Source of the DNA: Selaginella moellendorffii
Taxonomy: Eukaryota > Plantae > Lycopodiophyta
DNA length: 11,707 nt
Assembly (NCBI RefSeq): GCF_000143415.4
Contig: NW_003314569.1
Coordinates: 1-11,707 of the forward strand
Direction of reading: 5' to 3'
Positions 1-7,785 of this stretch are shown one piece after another (position 1 is the stretch's first letter; each line of letters opens with the position of its first letter). The position numbers were made by a program, and so were the translations under genes. The notes under the pieces are model-generated. The model made no database searches. It was not told the DNA's origin and worked only from the letters and a program-made list of their open reading frames with translations.

Positions 1-1254
1 GATTTAATCGACTGAAATTACTTGCATATAATTATTTTTACATGCTCAACATCTTCATCAATTCACATCACAAACATAGAAAACATTAGTCAATCACTTC
101 TACGTACAAATTCATCATTGGAACTATCATTTTTATCTTCAAAGAAACAAACATCACTTTTTTTTTTCTTCAGTTTCTAAGGGAACAAAAAAGTTCATGA
201 CATAAAAGAAATGCCTTTGAAGTACTTGATTTTTCGAGGTCCATCACCAATTTTAATATTGATAGTAGCATCATCCTTATTGCATTTCACTTGACAAGTT
301 TTTGTCCACTCATCTATGATGTTTTGCATTTTATCTAACACTATGCTACTTTGACTTTTGATTGTTGCTTACTTGAGGGTTTGTGTTGCATGGTTGTATA
401 CATTGTCAATCCATCATCCTCTCGCCACTTTTATGCTTAAAAGCTTAATACCTAAATAGGCAAACATCATGTCTCTTATCTCTCAATTCCATCTTATGTT
501 TTAGTTTAACCCTATCAAAACTCTTATTAATTAACAACAGTTAATAGTTGTGTTAACAGTGTGAAATAGATGTGGGAAACTAAAGAGATAGTTTGAATTG
601 ATTTAGCGCAAAACACTAAGTCAAACTCAAATTAGGTGGTATTAGCATAATGAAGCTCCTACAAAGCATGGAACTCATATGCTCATGCTTCACACACTTA
701 AGGATATCTATTGTCACCTTTTGATCATCTCTCCAAGTCCTCATGAACTTTACAGACACTAAGTATAACCAAGAAGTGAATGACATTCTCTTGATGAACC
801 TATTTGTATCTCATAGTAGTCTAGTTCGCTTGAGAAAGTCTGCCACACACAAGAGGTGCTCGCATGATAAGTCTATTATCCACATTCATATTATCACCAT
901 CTTATACCATACATGAGGATTATACAGAGTGGAAATGCCTAGAAAACTAGAAGCAGAAGCATCATCTCTTATTTCAAGTTTTTTCTTTCTAATCATCCCC
1001 AAAGGATATAAATGAAGAGTTAGTTGTGTCTTGCAACATACCAAGCACAAGGGTCACCACATCTATGATTCATACATCACAAACACTTAAGAATTGAATG
1101 GAATTGTTTACTTAAGAAATAGACTTCTCACTATGGACAATCGATAAGTACAAAGTAATCAAATCCAATTCCTCTGAGATAAGAAAAACTTTCCTAAAAA
1201 AAGCAACCACCTTACATACACTTATCTCAACCAAGTTTATGATGCATTTTATAT

Positions 1255-1425
1255 GCAAAAATAATAGTAATGTAGTAATTTTTAACATAATTATAATTAT
1301 AATATACATAGCTAATACAACATAATATAATATTTATATTAAAATCCCTTTTACAATTGACCCTATCACCAATATACATCATAATATAACAAATATAACT
1401 TATAACATAATATAATATTTAAAAC
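1255..1425. repeat. AT-rich low-complexity region with ATAAT-type units
   Basis: Many ATAAT/TATAA units. An 18-nt direct repeat AACATAATATAATATTTA occurs at 1319-1336 and 1404-1421. Confidence 0.55.
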
Positions 1426-4369
1426 TTGGAATGCTAGGTGAAGTTTTGAGTGTTCTACTGAGATGAAAATGCCAGCTATGGGATCTTATGGTTAAATGAG
1501 TTGTTTAAAGCTTGGCAATTTAAATGAGGCGTGGCAGTAAAGGAATGGATATAATTTTTGTTATCTTGGACTCCATCTTGGGTCCATTTCAGACTCCATC
1601 TCAACACTTCCACGTGTCATGTGTTGGTCAAAAATCCATGATTGGGTTTGTTAACCAGTAAAAAAAGAGAGATTACATATTTAAATTTGATCCTGTATAT
1701 GATTAATTATAACAAACTTGGAAAATGAAATATTATGGATAACTATCTAAATAAATAAAACTTGGAGCTAAAAAAATTACATTAGTTATAGTTACTGAAG
1801 AGACAAATTTTATATGAGATTAATTTAGAGTTAAAATTATTGAAGTGAAGGTTCCAAAATACTGAAATTAATGTGATAATTTAAATTATGTGTAGGAAAT
1901 AATACTTAATTATTTGGATAGTAATTATTAAATTTACACATATTTATACAAATGGCAGGAGTATAAAAAATACTTTCAAGTAAGATAAAAGTGAAGTAGT
2001 GACATAATATATAGAGGATCCTCTATAACCTAATATAAAGGAGTTGAATAGCTCTAGTTATTCTATTTTATAATAAAGTCATCAGTTAAATTAATCACAT
2101 TGATTTTCAGTTAGCTCAGATATTTGCTTTATTTTAATAGTTTTGCAATATTACAAATTTCTAACATTTTATTTTTATATTAATAATTTTTATCAATTAT
2201 AATTTTAATACATAAAAAATAATGTTGTATAAATATGATTGAGATATTGTTAACATAATGGCCATATAATACACATCTTTAGGTGGAACATTGAGTCCCA
2301 TCATCATATAAAGTTTTTATTATTATATATCACCATAATTTATATATAAATTTTAAAATTAAAAATATTAAGCTTTAAAAAAATTTAGAAATTATAAACT
2401 ATAAGAATATCAAGCACTCTTGTAAATCTATAGCAGCCAAGAGGAATTTAGCCAGATGAATGTGATACAATTATAAAAGAAATTTGTGAAAATGTAATGT
2501 CAAATCTAGAGAATTGGTACTAGCTTGTAGATGGTTAAATGTCGTACATATGAGAATGAAATGGTATACCATCTCAAACTATGCTTACAAAAGAAGTAGA
2601 GTCTCTATTTTAATAGCAAGAATGTTTGTGTGGAGGCAATGTTAACTTGCTTGATAACTTGCCAAAATATTTCAAAATACTATCTATTGATGGTATTGTT
2701 TATTGGCACTCTAATAAGGTATTATACTCATAAAGTATTGTGAGTTGACAATGTCAAGGTACTCTTTAAATTTAACTTATGTTAAGTTTAATTGAGCTAC
2801 CTTTGGAAAACCCATATATGCAATATAAAGTAAATTATTCAAATCTATATTTAGTCTTGTTATGTCCAACATCTAAATTTGTGCACCATCCTATGCTGTT
2901 TGTATCAGTAGAGTTGGAGATAGCATATTTAGAAAGTTTGTCTATGGTTTCAAACATCAATAAAGAAGAATCACTTGGTAAAATAAGAGGTACTTAAGTA
3001 ATTTATATCTCTACAACCATGATACCAGTTTATTTTTTAATAGCCAAATTCCATATTCAAGAATTAGTGATTGATTTTCTTAAACTTCTTCTAGTTTGCA
3101 GTGGAGATACTAACACCCCAAACTTCCCTCACATAGGTGAGGAATATAGTTACCTTAGTCTCATAGTATCCTAATCATTTTGTAATTTTCTTTGGGGAGC
3201 ATAGCATACATTTGTGGTACTTATATTCTTTGATTTAGATAAGGTGTTGCCTATCATATGAAAGAGTTATTTCTTGTAAGACTAAATATCATAATTAGAG
3301 TCTTAGCCATTTTAACAGCCAACCTTGTAATTAACAAAACTCAATCAAAACATGTAATTATCATTAAAGGTTAGGGCAAGTAGTAAATAATGACCTTATG
3401 GATCTTTGAAATGTTGATGCTACATTAAACTCTCAAAGGCATTGATGTATAAGCTAAACATACTAGACATCTTTGTTTAACTTTGATAGTACATTCAATT
3501 TGTTTTAGCCCTTGGTAGTCCACAAGAATAATGACATACTTTTGTTTAATAGCATGTGAATTTTTTGTAGGTTTTAAAATATTTTTTCACAGAAAATTGT
3601 GTTGACCAAGATGATCTTCTATAATATGCTCATGAATTGTTCATGAAGTTGAGAGTTTCATTCTAGAGTTTTCATTTTAGCACTCTTTTATTCCAAATGT
3701 TATTCAAAAATAGAAGGATTCCTTTTGAAAAAGCGTTAAAAACTATGGTAAGCTAGTAATTGTAACTTATATGAAACATTTATTGTTGCATGATAGAATG
3801 TGATAAGCATAAAGTGTATTAAGAAGTCACTATTTTCTTGTTTCATTCATTTCCAAGAAGTAATATTTATCGCTACACCTTTTTACTCTTCATAGTTGCA
3901 AATCAAAGAGATGCCACTCTTTTGCATCCTTCTAGCATTATATTGGTGAGATATATTTATCCTTTATCATAAGTTTATATTATTATAAAAGAACACCTTT
4001 ATAAAGTAGCTTGTCAACTATCAAGTTCAATTTTAACACACAAAATAAGCTGGAAAACCAATGATTTATAAATTTTCATACTATGAGTGCATGGAATATA
4101 GAAATGGGAGATAGAAATGTGCATATTCATTAACCCAAAACCCCTAGCTTATATACAAGAGGGAGTAGTTCAGATTGAAACCAATCTAATAATTATCAAA
4201 ATCCATAGTAGTATATGATATTGTAACCACACATTTGGACTTTACATGATCCCTTCTTCTCTGAGGGATAAAAGGCAATCAAATTTCTTTAGTTGACAGG
4301 TCGAGATTTGGATGAACATTAGGAGGAAGCACTGGTGGATTTATAGGTGGTACTAATTGTTTATAATCC

Positions 4370-5460
4370 CTTTGTACAAAGTGTTTTGGCCATTGCATAC
4401 GCACAATTTTTGGAGGATCAACTTGTTGAACATCATGCTGAATTTTATAAACTTATGGTTCAACCTGCTGCAACACTTGACATGGTCCCTTCTATTAAGC
4501 AAGGAGCCCTTTAAACATACTATATACTATAAGACTAGGAGAATGGATTAATACTTAGTCATTCACTTTATACTATAGAGGTGGATGATGATGGGAGTTA
4601 TAGTGCCATTGTTGTCCCACTTGTACACAACTCAAATGTTTAATAGAATTTGCTTGGACAAGTGCAAAAATACTCATCAAATATTAATCCAAAGACCTAG
4701 CATTGGCAACTCATAGCAATTGTGAAGGTAAACTCAACTTCGTTAGTAGTTTAGATCATAGTATTTTCTGTTAAATCATATAAACTTCTATATGGTGAAG
4801 TACCAATAAAACTTTGTACCTTTATGACATATGTATACCGAAGAGATGATAAATAACCATCTTAATCCGAATGTTGAAAGCTTACATACTTCGCAATCAT
4901 TCCTTTAAAAGTCCAAATAAGCTATTCACTAAACCATCTATCTATGGATGATAAACACTTCTAAAAGTATAATGTATCCCCAATCAAGATATTAAAACAT
5001 AAAATGCCTTAATTATAAATACAAGACCATTACTTGAAAGAAATTGCTTTAAATAGAACACCACTCAATTGAGGAAGTACTTAATAACAATTGCTAAGTC
5101 ATTAGCAAGGGCATTGATTTCCACTTAGTGAGTCAAGTAGTCAGAGGCAACAATGACATATTCATTATTAGTAGTTAATTGTGGAAAACACCTTATTAGA
5201 TCAAACACTATCAACTCAAATAGATGTAAAATTGCAATTGATTTCAACCATCCTTTCATAGTATGAGGGAGAGTATTACGAGCTTGGCACCAAATACAAC
5301 TATATATATATCAAATAATATTATATTACATCTCCGGCTAATAGAAAGACTTTGTAACTTCTTAATCATACACTAATATTCCATATGTCTGCCTAGAATA
5401 AGAGAGTCATGATAAATATGGAAAAAGCATAGAATAAATATCATAAGTACCACTAGTTAT
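4370..5460 (-). pseudogene. Integrase domain relic (HHCC zinc finger, catalytic core, GPY/F)
   Basis: Translated segments: HDSLILGRH...FY*PEM...SCIWCQ (~5283-5412); FELIVFDLIRCFP...YVIVASDYLTH*VE (5100-5220); YHP*IDGLV (~4925-4955); MIAKYV...SD*DGYL...GTSPYRSLY; *KGPCQVLQQV..VYKI (4441-4494). Confidence 0.9.
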
Positions 5461-5752
5461 AAATGATCAAGATGAATCCCAATAATAAAAAATGACATCC
5501 TTAAGGTGATATTGAAAATATAAATGTTAAAATGGCAAGTCATTAGTAAATGATGTAGAATTCTTAAATCCCTTACAAAACCTTTGGATCTATAACTCAA
5601 CATTTTGAGCCTCACAAACATCATCAAGTGAAGGTAAATCTTGCTTTACACTTTGTGAACACTAAACATTACGTATATCAACTGTCGACGGCACAAAATC
5701 CTCATCCAAGAAATCCACAGGTGTTAGAACAATAAATTCGCTAGGAATCTTG

Positions 5753-6262
5753 AGAAAGGGCATCAACATCATCTATAAAACTTCCTAGGCAATGAACAAC
5801 CTTTAAATTGTATATCTAAAGCTTTAGAGCCCACTGACTACTATGACTAACCAAGTTCTTCTACTTCAATAATAAAGTAATTATAATATGATCACCTTTT
5901 AATAATGTTCAAGAATTATGCAAATATGCATAAAACTTTTTCAAAACCCCAAACTATTACTAAACATTCTTTTTTCATTGTAGAGTAGTTCATTTCTGCT
6001 AGTTGTAATGTACGATTGATGTATGCAATGGGATAATGCTGACCAGTTACACTTGTAGTTTCTTGCATTAAGACATCCCCAAAACCAATATCCAAAACAT
6101 CCACATGCAAAATGAAAAATCAAATGTAGCTAAAATACACCAAAATTGGAAGAGTTGTTAATAGCTCTTTGAGATCTATAAATGTTTGTTCACAGTCCTC
6201 AAACCAGATAAAAGATGATGTTGACAATTTCAGTAACACTCGCAATAGTGCAATGTGATTAG
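5753..6262 (-). pseudogene. Connection and RNase H domain relic of gypsy pol
   Basis: Translated segments: IALLRVLLK...FIWFEDCEQTF; LHVDVLDIGFGDVLMQ (consensus DASxxGxGAVLxQ); PIAYINRTLQLAEMNYSTMKKECLVIVWGFEK; QWALKL*IYNLKVVH...DALS. Confidence 0.92.
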
Positions 6263-6266
6263 AAAG

Positions 6267-6461
6267 ATGTCAAACCCTTATGGATTGTCTCTCAAATTAT
6301 TCTCTACAAGTTCACACCCTCATGAATGGAAGTTGAAAGTTATAACTCTCCTAAGAGCATTTCTCTCTTGACACCCTACCCCTCAGGTCAAGCCCAGCAA
6401 GAGTAAATTGGACCTACTAGATGTTAATTAATATGTGGTGTAATTCCCTTAGCTAACCAAT
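6267..6461. mobile_element. 195-bp insertion nested in gypsy pol, flanked by a 4-bp direct repeat AAAG (putative target-site duplication)
   Basis: AAAG occurs at 6263-6266 and 6462-6465. Deleting the insert plus one AAAG restores in-frame pol YFSHFINRL-SNHIALLRVLLK, matching the gypsy pattern YYxRFIxxFSxxxAPLxxLLK. The element class is unknown. Confidence 0.7.
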
Positions 6462-6465
6462 AAAG

Positions 6466-7310
6466 TCGATTAATAAAATGACTGAAATATTGCACTTTAC
6501 TAAATAAGCACTGTATGTTATTCACACATTTCGGAGTAGGGAACTTTTGAATGGCCACAAGTTTGTTAGAATTAACTTGCAAACCCTCACAAAAAATATG
6601 GTACTCAAGATAAATTATGTCTTTGGACCTAAACATGCATTTCAATTGTTTTAATTTTAAACCAACTTCTTGTAACCAATTTGATATCTTCTGAACATCA
6701 TAGATATACTCTTATATCCTTTTCAAGTGAATTAAGACATCATCGATGAAGTCAATAGTCATTTTTAGCATATTATAAAGAACCACATTCATCATCTACT
6801 AAAGTTGTTAACATCATCTAAAGTTGTTAAAATGTTGGTCAAACCGAATGGTATCATTAATAATTTGTACAAATCAAATGGTGTAAGAAAAACAGTCTTA
6901 GGAATATCCTCCTTAGTCATTGGCACTTGCTAATACTTAGAAATAAAATTTAGCTTAGTGAGTTAACGACTTCTTTCTAGATGATCTAGAAGATCAAAAG
7001 TGTGAGGAAGATCTAAAATAATCACTTTGTTTAACGGATAATAATTAAAGTAAAAATGAATATTCCTATCAGGTTTTGTCACAAAATAAGGTTCACATGC
7101 CTAAAGATTCCATAACTTTCGAATAACACATTTGCTCAACATTTCTTTGATGTTTGTATGTAAAATCTTGATTTCCTTTAGTGACCAACAATGAATAAAA
7201 ACCTTAATTGGACAAGCATCTCTAATTGGAATAGGATAACATGTTACAATCTTAGCTTTAAACAACAAGTTAAATTCAAATAAATCAGCATACTCTTTTA
7301 TAAGCCAGTC
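6466..7310 (-). pseudogene. Reverse transcriptase domain relic of gypsy pol
   Basis: Translated segments: LIKEYADLF...PIK...IKEML..CVIRK.WNL*A...VTKPD...YYPLNKV; KLNFISKY*QVPMTKEDIPKTVFLTPFDLYKLLMIPFGLTN (~6835-6960); catalytic FIDD (6739-6750); KCMF...YLEYHI..EGLQVNSNKLVAIQKFPTPK (ORF 6424..6645). Confidence 0.92.
6790..6830. repeat. Local tandem duplication within RT (22-nt and 19-nt copies)
   Basis: CATCATCTACTAAAGTTGTTAA (6790-6811) is followed by CATCATCTAAAGTTGTTAA (6812-6830), disrupting the NAPATFQRxMN motif region. Confidence 0.75.
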
Positions 7311-7340
7311 AACCATTGTAATATAAAGACCATTGAAGGG

Positions 7341-7500
7341 ATTTGAAGAAGGGAATGAAAGAATAAAACAAAAATATAGGAAAAGTAATAAAAATAAAAA
7401 AAATTGATGAAAACAGAAGTAGAATAAAAAAGGACAAAGAGGAATAAAAATAAAAAGAATGGAAAAAACATAAGGAAATATAATATAAAAGGGAAAAACC
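7341..7500 (+). repeat. Low-complexity A/G-rich (purine-biased) tract
   Basis: Runs of A broken by G/T with very few C. It lies between the RT relic and the P450 promoter. Confidence 0.7.
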
Positions 7501-7613
7501 ATATTACACTAATTAGTGTGCATAATTACATTATAACTAATCCATACCAAAGATGAGTTGAAAAAGTTGACTTGGCACCACTAAGACTCAAGTTCAAAAT
7601 TGCCCATAGAATT

Positions 7614-7739
7614 CATATTGAAATAAGACAAAAATAACATCTTTATTTTTTAGAATGGTTGTTGCTCAACAAAAAGCATATTGAAAGAAGACAAAAATAA
7701 CATCTTTATTTTCTAGAATGGTTGTTTCTGACCGAAAGG
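7614..7739 (+). repeat. Two-copy tandem duplication (63-bp period) in the P450 proximal promoter
   Basis: 7614-7663 and 7677-7726 match at 48 of 50 positions (CATATTGAAA[T/G]AAGACAAAAATAACATCTTTATTTT[T/C]TAGAATGGTTGTT). The remaining 13 nt of each unit are more diverged. Confidence 0.9.
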
Positions 7740-7753
7740 CTCCATTTGAAGTG

Positions 7754-7759
7754 TATATA
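7754..7759 (+). promoter_or_regulatory. Candidate TATA box of the P450 gene
   Basis: TATATA ends 27 nt upstream of the ATG at 7786. It would imply a very short 5' UTR. Motif match only. Confidence 0.3.
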
Positions 7760-7785
7760 CGGACACACTACATTTCCAAACTTCC

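Larger units (their letters stand above)
4200..7310 (-). mobile_element. Degenerate Ty3/gypsy (Metaviridae) LTR-retrotransposon pol relic, apparently non-chromovirus, 5'-truncated
   Basis: Manual minus-strand translation recovers RT, RNase H and integrase motifs in RT-RH-INT order, which is diagnostic of Ty3/gypsy rather than copia, with many stops and frameshifts. No gag, protease or LTR is recognisable upstream. A Pro-rich tail (PPINPPVLPP) rather than a chromodomain follows the GPY/F motif. Boundaries are approximate. Confidence 0.93.

Noticed and set aside
529-558. Imperfect AT-rich hairpin as a Helitron or MITE terminus
   Set aside because: The stem is weak and AT-rich, and there is no adjacent CTRR end or matching partner terminus.
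1611-1618. G-box/ABRE CACGTGTC
   Set aside because: Isolated motif more than 6 kb from the P450, across a TE relic; no support for function.
4200-4370. Chromodomain at the integrase C-terminus
   Set aside because: The translation is Pro-rich (PPINPPVLPP) with no chromodomain pattern such as YLVKW.
1112-4551. Short ORFs 1112..1309, 2779..2997 and 4357..4551
   Set aside because: Chance ORFs in AT-rich DNA, or antisense to the integrase relic; no motifs.
7310-7502. Hydrophobic N-terminus of ORF 7101..7502 as a membrane protein
   Set aside because: The F/L/I richness comes from a T-rich low-complexity strand; only the C-terminal half is RT-derived.
7614-7739. Promoter repeat as a CRISPR-like array
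   Set aside because: Only two units, the inter-core segments resemble each other, the context is eukaryotic and there are no cas genes.
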